This document shows positions 40,562 to 50,111 of a DNA stretch of 64,000 nt, in pieces. A program made the position numbers and the translations under genes. Positions within the stretch are counted from its first letter, which is position 1. Each line of letters starts with the position of its first letter. Source of the stretch: Candidatus Falkowbacteria bacterium RIFOXYA2_FULL_47_19 (lineage in GTDB: Bacteria; Patescibacteriota; Patescibacteriia; Patescibacteriales; UBA12075); the NCBI GenBank assembly GCA_001780275.1, contig MFGB01000007.1, positions 2,280-66,279 of the forward strand, read 5' to 3'. The notes below the pieces were generated by a model. It was not told the DNA's origin. It saw nothing but the letters and a program-made list of their open reading frames with translations, and did no database searches.

Positions 40562-41095
40562 TTATAGCCTTTTTAACCATTTTAATATTACCCAGGCGAT
40601 CATGCCCCCGGTAACGGCCGTGAATAGTTGCGGCCAGCTCATCATCTGCGCAACTTTTACGGCTAGTTCCTGTTTCAAAAGCAGCTGGCCGATCAAATTA
40701 ACGCTTCCGAATAAAAATAAGGATTTTAATCCCGCTCCGATAAAAACTCCCAGCCAATATCCCTTTTTGTCGTCTTTTATGCTCGAATACCACCACTCTA
40801 CGCTTAAAATAAAAATAACGTTCGAGATCATGATAAAAGGCACGACCGGAGACAGTATGGCGGGCAAAAGACCTCCTGAAAGCGCCAAGAGGCTCGGCAC
40901 CAGGCACAAAACCAGAGCGCTCCTCACACCTACTATGAACAAAACGATAATAAGAATAGCATTCACGATCGGACCCGTGATCCACTGCAGATGAATGAAA
41001 AACGGCAGCGCAGACGCGATGCCGAACATGGCTAAAAACCAGGCTGTTTCGCGGATATTCAATTTTACGGCCGTTTGTTCTTTGGTATAAGGCAT
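40562..41095 (-). CDS. ECF transporter S-component-like membrane protein
   Basis: About 180 aa, 5-6 TMs, QWITGPIVNAIL, PFIMISN, WPQL.TA; ATG 2 nt after the hydrogenase stop. Confidence 0.6.
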   Translation of the reverse strand: MPYTKEQTAVKLNIRETAWFLAMFGIASALPFFIHLQWITGPIVNAILIIVLFIVGVRSALVLCLVPSLLALSGGLLPAILSPVVPFIMISNVIFILSVEWWYSSIKDDKKGYWLGVFIGAGLKSLFLFGSVNLIGQLLLKQELAVKVAQMMSWPQLFTAVTGGMIAWVILKWLKRL

Positions 41096-41097
41096 AT

Positions 41098-42831
41098 TCA
41101 ATATTTCCTTCTCTTCTTATATTTAGTATGCAGTACGGCGTGCTCCAGTTTATGGTTCTCATTTTTTAGCCATTTCAGGACATCCAGAGCCCCTTTATTG
41201 TCGTAAGATTTGCGGAACGCGCTTTTTTTATCGATTTCGTGCAAAGCCGCCGCCCGTTCGCTTATTATCTTCCGGCTGGTGGGGATCGGCTGTCCGCCGC
41301 CGCCGATGCAGCCGCCCGGACAGGCCATCACTTCGATATAATCGTATTTTTTCAAATTTTTCAAAACCGGTTCGACGTGGCCTATGCCGTTAACGACGGC
41401 GACCCGGAGCATCTTGCCGGCTACCGCCACGGTCGCTTCTTTTATGTCTTCGCTTCCGCGCACCGCCTTATAATCCACGCGCGACCGGCAAACGCCGCTT
41501 CGCCTGTCCCCGCAGGCCAGAACATGGGCGGCGCGCAAAGCCGACTCCATGACCCCGCCGGAACCACCGAAGATCGCGGCCGCTCCGGAATATTCGCCCA
41601 GCGGATTATCTGCCCGGCTTTTTTTTAATTTCGACAGGTCAAGATTATTCTTTTTGAGCATAAAAGAAAATTCCCGGGTCGTCAAAACGTTGTCGACCGG
41701 ATACAGGCCTTTGATTTTCATCTCCGGACGCTTCGCTTCGTATTTTTTGGCCGTACAAGGCATAATAGAAACCACCACGATATTTTTCGGATTTAACCCC
41801 ATTTTTTTCGCCCAATAGGTTTTGATTATTCCTCCGCCGTGGATATGGGGGCTTCTCGCCGTGGTCAGATGCGGCAATATTTCGGGATGGTAGATCTCCG
41901 CGTAATTAACCCATCCGGGACAACAGGAGGTGATCATCGGCATCGGCGCTTTCGCGGTCTTTTTCGACAGCCTCGAGAGCAGCTCCTCCGCTTCGATAAT
42001 AGTCGTTATGTCGGCGGAAAAATTCACGTCGAATACGTAATCGAAGCCGAGCTGGCGAAGGCCGGCCACTATCTGCTCCGTGACTATTTGGCCGTAAGGC
42101 AAACCGAAATCTTCTCCGATCGACACGCGGATCGAAGGCGCGAATTGAGCCACCATGATCTTGCCGCTCTTGGATTTATTTTTAATGAGGCTTTCCGCGT
42201 CCCTCCACTGCGCCTGCTCCTGGGCCGCCGATACCGGACAATGAACGGCGCATTGGCCGCAGAGGATGCATTGGATATTTTTCTTTTTCGTCGGAACCAC
42301 TTCCTGGTTTACGCCCTTCCCCGCCAGCTCAAGATAATGTATGTTCTGCAGGAGCGAGCAGGCGTCAACACAATTACGGCAATCGATACATTGCGTGCCG
42401 TCGATCTCGACGGCATTGGCGAATTTATAGGTTCGGCGGTCTTTCTTCCGGTCGCGGAAGGTGGTGATCAATAGTTTATATTTTTGGGCCGTTTTAAGGA
42501 GCTTGCATTCAAAGCGCCAAATGCACTCGGGGCACTTTTCGATATGTTCGGCATAGATCAATTCCAGATTCGCGTTCCTGGCCCTCCTGACGCGTCCGCT
42601 CTCGGTCAATATCTCCATGCCGTTCTCCGCCTTGGTCGAACAGGACGTTACCAGATTCTTCCGTCCGACCACTTCCACTACGCAAACCCGGCAATTGGCT
42701 TTTATGGGCAGATCCGGATGCCCGCATAGTCCGGGGATATTGATCCCCTTGGACTTTGCCGCCCGCATGATGGTCGACCCCTCCTCGCAAGCTACCGTTT
42801 TGCCGTTTATTTTTATCTTGATCATTTTCAT
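41098..42831 (-). CDS. hydA: [FeFe]-hydrogenase group A catalytic subunit
   Basis: H-cluster motifs TSCCPGW, MPCTAKKYE, EVMACPGGCIGGGG; N-terminal 2Fe-2S, His-ligated 4Fe-4S (H..KCPEC....EC) and two 4Fe-4S motifs. Confidence 0.93.
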   Translation of the reverse strand: MKMIKIKINGKTVACEEGSTIMRAAKSKGINIPGLCGHPDLPIKANCRVCVVEVVGRKNLVTSCSTKAENGMEILTESGRVRRARNANLELIYAEHIEKCPECIWRFECKLLKTAQKYKLLITTFRDRKKDRRTYKFANAVEIDGTQCIDCRNCVDACSLLQNIHYLELAGKGVNQEVVPTKKKNIQCILCGQCAVHCPVSAAQEQAQWRDAESLIKNKSKSGKIMVAQFAPSIRVSIGEDFGLPYGQIVTEQIVAGLRQLGFDYVFDVNFSADITTIIEAEELLSRLSKKTAKAPMPMITSCCPGWVNYAEIYHPEILPHLTTARSPHIHGGGIIKTYWAKKMGLNPKNIVVVSIMPCTAKKYEAKRPEMKIKGLYPVDNVLTTREFSFMLKKNNLDLSKLKKSRADNPLGEYSGAAAIFGGSGGVMESALRAAHVLACGDRRSGVCRSRVDYKAVRGSEDIKEATVAVAGKMLRVAVVNGIGHVEPVLKNLKKYDYIEVMACPGGCIGGGGQPIPTSRKIISERAAALHEIDKKSAFRKSYDNKGALDVLKWLKNENHKLEHAVLHTKYKKRRKY

Positions 42832-42837
42832 ATATAT

Positions 42838-43608
42838 TTATAATTTGATCTTTCTCAGATTCTGATAGATCAGATGGGAGTAAATCAAAACAAAAGGCAT
42901 AAAAGCGAAAGAGACGATCTGGGAAACAAAATTCCATATGACCACGAATGTTTCATTTTTCGTAAAAGTTAAGGGAAGAACTATTAATAAAAAAAACAAT
43001 GCCTGCAATAACAGCAATCGGCCCGCTACCGCCCACCAATATCCCCGGACCAATTCCCGGCTGCGTTTGATAGCGCTTACCCCCCCGACGCCCTCATAAA
43101 CCAAAAACCACAGGGCAAAACCGTAATTGATCGCCGCGATAATGCCGGGAACGACCAGTAATAAGGTCCAGAGGAATACGAAAACCGCCGTGATGACGCT
43201 GGTCGCGAAAAATTTCCAGGATATTTTTTTCGCTTCCAAAAAAGATCCTTTGACGGTCGGGCGCTCCCCGGCGTTTTTAACCATAACGAAAAGGCCGGCT
43301 CGGGAGATGATCGCTATGACCACCAGGAATACCACGCTCCCCGCCCCCAAGAGGATCAACAGATATCTCAGGAACAATAATACTATATTGCCGTTGTTCA
43401 AAAAAGTCAGGACGCCGTTCAGGATAAATATTATCGCCAGAGGCAGCAATCCTAAAAGGGGCACTAATAACATGCCGACAAACCGCCAAAAATTATTTTT
43501 GTATAAAACCCATGATTCTTTAAGCAAGACCGCGACGGGACTTATTTTTCTGTTTATCGGACCGCCAGCTCGCGCCTCGGCGGAGGCCGTTGTTTGTGAT
43601 TGTGACAT
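42838..43608 (-). CDS. integral membrane protein
   Basis: Multiple TMs; LLVVPGII, AIKRSRELVRGYWW motif. Confidence 0.75.
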   Translation of the reverse strand: MSQSQTTASAEARAGGPINRKISPVAVLLKESWVLYKNNFWRFVGMLLVPLLGLLPLAIIFILNGVLTFLNNGNIVLLFLRYLLILLGAGSVVFLVVIAIISRAGLFVMVKNAGERPTVKGSFLEAKKISWKFFATSVITAVFVFLWTLLLVVPGIIAAINYGFALWFLVYEGVGGVSAIKRSRELVRGYWWAVAGRLLLLQALFFLLIVLPLTFTKNETFVVIWNFVSQIVSFAFMPFVLIYSHLIYQNLRKIKL

Positions 43609-43619
43609 GGTTTAAAAAA

Positions 43620-44714
43620 TTAATTGCTTAATTTACAGGTAAGGCAATCAGCGATCATTTTTCGATCGGCTTTGGGCAATTTCATCCTTTCGCCCACAGG
43701 GGTCATGACTACGTTTTCCAAAAAAGAAAAAATCGCCGTCGGCGCGGAGCTGCCGAGTCCGCAAAAACTGGTTTCGCTCAGGTTATTCAAAAGTTCCAGG
43801 AGCATCTGCCAGTTGGTATTCTTGTCACCTAAAAGTTCGCGCAGGCGGAAAGTGCCTTCGCGGCAGGGCGTGCATTGGCCGCAGGATTCGGACCGGAAAA
43901 AATCCGCCCATTTTTTTATGAGCACCATCGGATCGTGCTTGATGGCGCTATACACGGTTATAGAACCGCTCCCGACGGCCGGCCGTTTCAGCTGCTTTGA
44001 ATTCAGTACGACCCCGGAACCGTCGCCTCCGACCTGGATAAAAAAATCGAATCCCGGATAATTATCCGTTTTTTTGAGGATCTTTTCGATGGTCCAGTCG
44101 GACGGAAAACGGTAAACCCCGGTCCAAAGGCAATCGCCGTTGATCGTATAAAAACGCTCCCCCTTATATTCCCCGGCCGCGGCCAAGCTAACGTCATAGA
44201 AGGTTTCCACGTTATTAACGAGCGTCGGAGAATTCCAAAGTCCGTTCGTCGGCGGGAACGGCGGCCGCAAACGCGGTTCGACGCGTTTTCCCTCGATGCC
44301 GTTTAACACGGAGGTTTCTTCGCCGCCCGCGTATCCGGCCGTCTTCGGCTTATTGAATATAGTTACAGGCAAAGAGCCGATCGTTTGTTTTAATTTTTTG
44401 ACCAATTTCTTGTTTTTCGAATACCGGGGATTCAGGTAAACATATCCTTTGACGTCAATTTTCTTCTTTCCGCGCCCGCGGTCGCCGAGGTATTCGATGG
44501 CCAGTCTCATGCCGTCCATGAATCGTTCCGGATGATTTTCCAATATGAACAGATCTTTTTTTACGCCCGGTTCCCCCTCGGAAGCGTTGGCGATCACGTA
44601 TTTTTCGCTTCCATGGGCCTTTTTCACGAACTCCCACTTAAGACCGGTCGGAAAGCCGCCGCCGCCGCGCCCCACAAGACCAGCTTTTTTTATTTGGATT
44701 ATTATATTGGGCAT
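43620..44714 (-). CDS. NuoF/HydB-like NADH-binding flavo-Fe-S subunit
   Basis: Start MPNII at 44714; GRGGGGFPTGLKW, NASEGEPG, GEET, NNVET, SCGQCTPCREG, FCGLG. Confidence 0.9.
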   Translation of the reverse strand: MPNIIIQIKKAGLVGRGGGGFPTGLKWEFVKKAHGSEKYVIANASEGEPGVKKDLFILENHPERFMDGMRLAIEYLGDRGRGKKKIDVKGYVYLNPRYSKNKKLVKKLKQTIGSLPVTIFNKPKTAGYAGGEETSVLNGIEGKRVEPRLRPPFPPTNGLWNSPTLVNNVETFYDVSLAAAGEYKGERFYTINGDCLWTGVYRFPSDWTIEKILKKTDNYPGFDFFIQVGGDGSGVVLNSKQLKRPAVGSGSITVYSAIKHDPMVLIKKWADFFRSESCGQCTPCREGTFRLRELLGDKNTNWQMLLELLNNLSETSFCGLGSSAPTAIFSFLENVVMTPVGERMKLPKADRKMIADCLTCKLSN

Positions 44715-44741
44715 AAAATATTCTTTAACTGATACGAAAAC

Positions 44742-44867
44742 CAAGAAACAAGATACAAGGATACAAACAAATTTCAAATAACAAATTCCAAATACTGGAA
44801 CTTTTTGATTTTTGGATATTGGAATTTGAAATTTGTTTGGTTATTGTATCTTATATCTTTGTATCTT
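44742..44867. repeat. inverted pair of degenerate heptamer tracts
   Basis: CAAGATA/CAAATTT/CAAATAA/CAAATTC units followed by their reverse complements. Confidence 0.7.
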
Positions 44868-44891
44868 AACCATCGTTTTAATTCTAATGGT

Positions 44892-45899
44892 CTATATTAA
44901 TTTTTTTCTCCCGAAATATTCCACCAGATCCACCATCCTGTTCGAATAGCCCCATTCGTTATCGTACCAGGCGATCACTTTCACTAAATTGCCGCCGACC
45001 ACTTTCGTCAGGCCAAGATCGATTATCGAACTGGCCGGATTACCGATTATATCGGTCGATACCAGGGGGGCGTCCGTAACCTCCAGAATACCCTTAAGAC
45101 GGGCGCTCCGGGCCGCTTTTTTGAATGCCGTATTTATCTTTTTTTCATCGGTTTTTTTGCGGGTAACGAAAACAATATCGCAAAGCGATCCCACCGGAGT
45201 CGGTACGCGGACCGACATTCCGTCAAATTTTCCCCTTAAGGCCGGGATGGTTTCGGCCGCGGCGATAGCGGCCCCGGTCGTCGTCGGCACCATATTTATG
45301 CCCGCGGCCCTGGCCCGCCTTAAATCCTTATGCGGGCCGTCCACTATCCGCTGGTCAGCGGTATAGGAATGGATAGTGGTCATGATCGCTTTTTCAATTC
45401 CGAATTCCCGCCTGATAACGTCGGTCGCCGGGGCAAGACAGTTGGTCGTGCAGGAGGCGTTAGACAGGATCCGGTCGGTTTTTTTAATTTTATCCTCGTT
45501 CACTCCCATGACGATCGTTTTTATGTTGCCCTTGGCAGGCGCGCTTATGATCACTTTTTTGGCGCCGGCCTTTAGATGGAGCCCCGCGCCGTCCTTATCC
45601 CTGAAAAAACCGGTCGATTCGATCACTATGTCCACTTCCATTTCTTTCCAGGGGAGTTCCCCCGGATCTTTGGCGGCAAAAACCGGATATTTCCTGTTAT
45701 TTACGATCAGGGCGTCTTTTTTATATCCGATTTTCCCCGAAAACCGGCCATATACCGAATCGTACGCGAGCAAATGCGCCAGAGTGGCCGTATCGGTCAG
45801 ATCGTTTATGCCAACGATTTTGTGCGCCGACTTTTTGCTTAAAACGGCTTTAAACACGGCCCGGCCGATCCTGCCGAAACCATTAATAGCGATATTCAT
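44892..45899 (-). CDS. gap: type I glyceraldehyde-3-phosphate dehydrogenase
   Basis: INGFGRIGR, SNASCTTNCLAP, TTGAA, WYDNEWGY. Confidence 0.97.
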   Translation of the reverse strand: MNIAINGFGRIGRAVFKAVLSKKSAHKIVGINDLTDTATLAHLLAYDSVYGRFSGKIGYKKDALIVNNRKYPVFAAKDPGELPWKEMEVDIVIESTGFFRDKDGAGLHLKAGAKKVIISAPAKGNIKTIVMGVNEDKIKKTDRILSNASCTTNCLAPATDVIRREFGIEKAIMTTIHSYTADQRIVDGPHKDLRRARAAGINMVPTTTGAAIAAAETIPALRGKFDGMSVRVPTPVGSLCDIVFVTRKKTDEKKINTAFKKAARSARLKGILEVTDAPLVSTDIIGNPASSIIDLGLTKVVGGNLVKVIAWYDNEWGYSNRMVDLVEYFGRKKLI

Positions 45900-45928
45900 A
45901 GTTTATGTAATTTTAATTTATAATTCCA

Positions 45929-45984
45929 AAAAGCTAAAAGCTAAAAGCTAAAAGCTAAAAGCTAAAAGCTAAAAGCTAAAAGCT
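45929..45984. repeat. perfect heptamer tandem repeat (AAAAGCT)x8
   Basis: Eight exact copies counted, between the gap -10 box (45991-45996) and the start codon. Confidence 0.95.
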
Positions 45985-46086
45985 AATAATATTATATCAC
46001 AAATTACGAAAAACAAAAAAGTCCCTTTTTTAAAACTAAAATAGGGAATGGACGAATATCCATTCCCTGGCGGTTTTTAAAAATTC

Positions 46087-47112
46087 TTAAGGCTTTTCGA
46101 TAAAGCCAAGACTCTTCAGGAAGGGCCCGATCTTTACGAAAGCATAACCTACGGAGAAGGGCGGGGGTGGGAACATAAAAGAAGCTAAACCGATGATCTT
46201 GCCTTCACCCCGTTCATTTACGCGAAAAAGCATGGAGCCGCTCGAGCCTTCCGCTATGACCATATCCGTTAAAGCAAAATTCTTTGTGTCGAAATCCAGC
46301 TTTTCAAGAACTAAGTTATCGAGATGGGCATTGGCGGACACGCCTTTGTAAAGCTGCTCGATTATCATGCGGGGAGCGCCCCAGATATATATGGTTTCAC
46401 CGTACATAAGGTCATGGTCGGTATCATGATCGGCCAAAGTCACGAAATCCAACTGGCCGTCAAGGTGCTTTAAGCGCACGCCGGCGCTGTCGTTCTTGGG
46501 ATCGTTCCGGTAATTATCCGGGGTTATATAAAATTCATGGCTTGCCGCCAATTCCTGACTGGAGGAGAAAAAATCATCAAAATCCTGTTCGCTGACGCAG
46601 TCCAGGAAAAAGGGCTGTCCGTTGTTGATCACGCGAATATCCGGATAACGGTACGCTTTTTCTTTTTTGAATTTGTTGGCCGCCTTGGATATGGCGTTGA
46701 CGATGGAGCAATCGCGGACTATGAAATATCTGGACTTTTTATACTGCCAGCTCACTTCTGCCGTCATGGGCCCCATAGGCGTTTGTTGTCCGATATGAAG
46801 CGTTTTTGACGTTTCGCAGTCCAGCACGTGATGGGCGGTAAAAAGCCAATGTTCCCGGTTATAGATATAACCGCTGCCCGAGTCCACTAACATAACACCC
46901 TTCTTTTCCCCGCCCAGGTCCTCTTCGGTTTCATAATAATTAAAAACCAAGATTTTTACGCTGGCCTTCAGAAATCTTTCGGCCACATTATGGACGATTT
47001 GCGCTTCATTTAAAGAAGGGGTGTCTGTTTCTCCACAAGAAGCGCAACTGAATATGAAAAAACAACTGAATAATAACATTATCACGCCGCTAAAAAAACA
47101 CCTGGTTTTCAT
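46087..47112 (-). CDS. trypsin-like (S1) serine protease, probable lipoprotein
   Basis: SGSG, TAHH, D, GSSGS catalytic motifs; Cys-containing signal peptide; SD GGAGAGGAG before MKTR at 47112. Confidence 0.75.
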   Translation of the reverse strand: MKTRCFFSGVIMLLFSCFFIFSCASCGETDTPSLNEAQIVHNVAERFLKASVKILVFNYYETEEDLGGEKKGVMLVDSGSGYIYNREHWLFTAHHVLDCETSKTLHIGQQTPMGPMTAEVSWQYKKSRYFIVRDCSIVNAISKAANKFKKEKAYRYPDIRVINNGQPFFLDCVSEQDFDDFFSSSQELAASHEFYITPDNYRNDPKNDSAGVRLKHLDGQLDFVTLADHDTDHDLMYGETIYIWGAPRMIIEQLYKGVSANAHLDNLVLEKLDFDTKNFALTDMVIAEGSSGSMLFRVNERGEGKIIGLASFMFPPPPFSVGYAFVKIGPFLKSLGFIEKP

Positions 47113-47266
47113 TGGGAACTCCTCTCCGGCAATTGTCAAAGAACCTGCCGCTTCACACCTTGATAAGCAAAAAATTTTGTTTTAAAAACGAGTATCCTGA
47201 AGCTATATTCATTATTGCATAATACTAAAATTATGACAACCGCTCGCTGTCCAAAAAGTCAAAAAC

Positions 47267-47294
47267 AAAACACCCGCCGATGGCGGGTGTTTTT
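47267..47294. terminator. terminator of the rpsB-tsf-PSP1 unit
   Basis: AAAACACCCGCC-GAT-GGCGGGTGTTTTT. Confidence 0.75.
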
Positions 47295-47311
47295 CGTGAT
47301 TATATATCAAT

Positions 47312-48214
47312 TTATTTATCCTTCTTGTTTTTCTTCTTATCCCTGTTCAAATCGACCTCGATCACGGTGGCGGCGCCGTTCTCTCCGGCGAACTCCACGT
47401 CGACCGATTGCTTTAAAGTGTGGTGGCCGACGATCACTCCTCTTTTACCGTCAACGTTGACTTTGGTGCCGATCGGCGGCATGCTGCCATGGAGATGTTC
47501 ATAACCGGCCTGTTCGTAGGCTAGACAACACATAAGCCTGCCGCAAATCCCCGATATCCGGTCCGAGCCGCGGTGGGAGCACTGCTGCAATTCAGCCATC
47601 TCGCTCGTGATCGAAACCAAATTATTAAGATGGCCGCGGCAGCAAAGTTCCTGGCCGCAATGCCCGAAATCGCCGGTTACCCGGGCCTCGTCGCGGATAC
47701 CGATCTGCTGGAGCCTTATCGTCCGGCCGAAATGCCTGGTCAATTCTTTGACCAATTCCCGGAAATCGACCCGGCCATCGGCGATAAAGGCGAAAGTGAT
47801 GCGCGATCCATCGAAAGCGAAATGCACATCGATGAATTTCATGGGGAGATTCTGCTTGTCTTTAAGTTCTTTGGCGTAATCCAGGGCTTTCTTCTTTTCG
47901 GCTAAATTAGGAACTTTTTCCAGATCCCGGTCGGTGGCTACCCGCAAAACCGGTTTTATTTCCTTGTTTCCGTTTACTTCCGCGGTCCCCTCCGGATTAC
48001 CGGGAATCTCGGCATTATCGGCGGCTATGCCCGTGACGGATTTTTCCGCCTCTTCTCCATTCGCCTCTCCCTCGGCAAAACCCACCACCTCGCCGATTTC
48101 TATTCCCATGTCGGTTCTTACCACCACCTTATCGCCTTCCGACAGGGTTAGGTCGTTAGCGGAAAAATTATAAACCTTATCCCAGGGAGTAAATTGAATT
48201 TGTGCTAATTTCAT
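47312..48214 (-). CDS. PSP1 domain protein (RicT/YaaT family)
   Basis: ADGRVDFRELVKEL, QIGIRDE, CGQELCC, SGICGRLMCCL. Confidence 0.92.
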   Translation of the reverse strand: MKLAQIQFTPWDKVYNFSANDLTLSEGDKVVVRTDMGIEIGEVVGFAEGEANGEEAEKSVTGIAADNAEIPGNPEGTAEVNGNKEIKPVLRVATDRDLEKVPNLAEKKKALDYAKELKDKQNLPMKFIDVHFAFDGSRITFAFIADGRVDFRELVKELTRHFGRTIRLQQIGIRDEARVTGDFGHCGQELCCRGHLNNLVSITSEMAELQQCSHRGSDRISGICGRLMCCLAYEQAGYEHLHGSMPPIGTKVNVDGKRGVIVGHHTLKQSVDVEFAGENGAATVIEVDLNRDKKKNKKDK

Positions 48215-48282
48215 ATATCAAAAAAACATGAAACATGAAACACGACATGTTTCGTGCAGCGCGTTGTTGCGTGTTATGTATT

Positions 48283-49089
48283 TTATAAACTATACCTGAC
48301 AAATCCCGCAATTTTAACATCGCCCAAAACCTCTTCTACCCTCTTTTTGTCGTCCTTGATGTACTCTTGTTTGACCAAACAGACATCCTCGTAATATTTA
48401 TTGATCTTGCCCGTGAGGATCTTTTCTATGATATTCGCCGGTTTACCTTCTTTAGCGAGCTGTTCACGGTAAATTTCCATCTCCTTATCGACCTCCGCCG
48501 CCGGTACGTCCTCCGGCCGGAGATATTTAGGATTCGCGGCCGCGATCTGCATGGCCATATCGTAAGCCAGGTCGCCTTTTCCCGCCTCTTCCAACGACAC
48601 TAAAACGCCGATCCGTCCGCCCAGATGGCTATAAGCGGCGACAGTGCCGGCCGAAGACAGGACCGAGAACCGCTTTATGCCCATTTTCTCCCCGACGGTA
48701 CCGGACAAGCCGTCCAGCACCTCTTTGACCGTTCCGCCCGAAAGCGGCAAATTTTCCAGTTCCTCCAGGCTTTGCGGTTTCTTTTCTTTAATGACCCCTA
48801 AAATATCATCGGATAATTTAAGGAATTTTTCGTTAAGGGCCACGAAATCGGTTTCCGCGTTGACCTCGAGGATATAGCCTTCGTTGCCGGCTTCGTTCAC
48901 GCTTAATTTGATCACGCCTTCGGAGGCTTCGCGTCCGCTTCGTTTTGCCGCTTTGGCTATACCCTTCTTGCGGAGTATATCCACGGCCTTATTTAAATCA
49001 TCTCCGGCTTCAGAGAGGGCGTTCTTGCAATCGACCATTCCGGCGCCGGTTTGCTCGCGAAGTTGTTTGATTATTTCTAAGCTGCTCAT
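48283..49089 (-). CDS. tsf: elongation factor Ts
   Basis: LREQTGAGMVDCK, EVNAETDFVA, follows rpsB. Confidence 0.96.
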   Translation of the reverse strand: MSSLEIIKQLREQTGAGMVDCKNALSEAGDDLNKAVDILRKKGIAKAAKRSGREASEGVIKLSVNEAGNEGYILEVNAETDFVALNEKFLKLSDDILGVIKEKKPQSLEELENLPLSGGTVKEVLDGLSGTVGEKMGIKRFSVLSSAGTVAAYSHLGGRIGVLVSLEEAGKGDLAYDMAMQIAAANPKYLRPEDVPAAEVDKEMEIYREQLAKEGKPANIIEKILTGKINKYYEDVCLVKQEYIKDDKKRVEEVLGDVKIAGFVRYSL

Positions 49090-49169
49090 ATTTTAAATTT
49101 TAGGTATTAGGTATTGGCCGTCAGGGCCGGCAAAACCGGCGCTAAAACCTAACAGCTATAAGCTTATAA

Positions 49170-49868
49170 TTATTTTTTATTCGCCATCGCTTTCCCCTCC
49201 TCGATCGCCTCTTTAATAAGGCCCAGGGTCAGCTTGATGGTCTTCGTGGCATCGTCATTGGCCGGGATCACGTAATTTATGCCGGTAGGGTTAACGTTGG
49301 TGTCGCAGATGGCGATCAAGGGTATATTTTTCTTCCTGGCTTCGGTAACCGCGGTTTTCTCGTGTTTTATATCCCAGACGAAGATCGCATCAGGCAAACG
49401 GGAAAGTTTCGTGAGACCTCCGACCCGGAGTTCGAGCCTCTTTATCTCCCGGTCGAATTCCAGCCGTTCTTTTTTCGTGTACTTATCGAGCTTGCCCGTA
49501 TTCTTATCGTCTAAAAGATCCTTGTATTTTTTGATAAGTTTTTTGATGATCAGAAAATTTGTCAGACAGCCGCCCATCCATTTCTCCGAAATATAGGGCA
49601 TGCCGACTTCTTCGGACATGTCTTTCAGGGGCTTTTTAACCTGCATCTTCGTACCGACGAAGAGGATCATCTTACCCTCGGCCGCGAATTTTTTCATGAA
49701 CTCGAGCGCGGTTTCGAGCATCTTCCGGGATTTAACCAGGTCAATAATGTGCACGCCGCCATGAGCGCCGAAAATAAAAGGCTCCATTTTAGGGTGCCAT
49801 TTGCTGGTGCGATGCCCGAAATGCATGCCGGCTTTGAGCATCTGTTCGATGGTCGGTAATTTTGTCAT
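49170..49868 (-). CDS. rpsB: 30S ribosomal protein S2
   Basis: AGMHFGH, WHPKM, FVGTK, W.GG.LTN, DTN, PANDD. Confidence 0.97.
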   Translation of the reverse strand: MTKLPTIEQMLKAGMHFGHRTSKWHPKMEPFIFGAHGGVHIIDLVKSRKMLETALEFMKKFAAEGKMILFVGTKMQVKKPLKDMSEEVGMPYISEKWMGGCLTNFLIIKKLIKKYKDLLDDKNTGKLDKYTKKERLEFDREIKRLELRVGGLTKLSRLPDAIFVWDIKHEKTAVTEARKKNIPLIAICDTNVNPTGINYVIPANDDATKTIKLTLGLIKEAIEEGKAMANKK

Positions 49869-50111
49869 AGATTTCCTTTTTGCCTCTACCCCCGTAATAT
49901 AATGCGAATTTTAAAATAAGCATTACAAGGAAAGTTTTATCGGGGATATGAGTGATTTATTTAATAAATAATAGCCTTTTGGCAGGCTACAATAGATAAA
50001 TATTATAACATTTCAAAATAATTGTCAACACTTGACTAATAATGATATTTATGCTTAAATTAAATAATATAATTAAATTCGGTCGTTAACAATTAAATCA
50101 AGGAGAAGAAG

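Noticed and set aside
44715..44777. Hydrophobic signal-like N-terminus on the NuoF-like ORF
   Set aside because: It is translated heptamer repeat; NuoF similarity begins after the ATG at 44714
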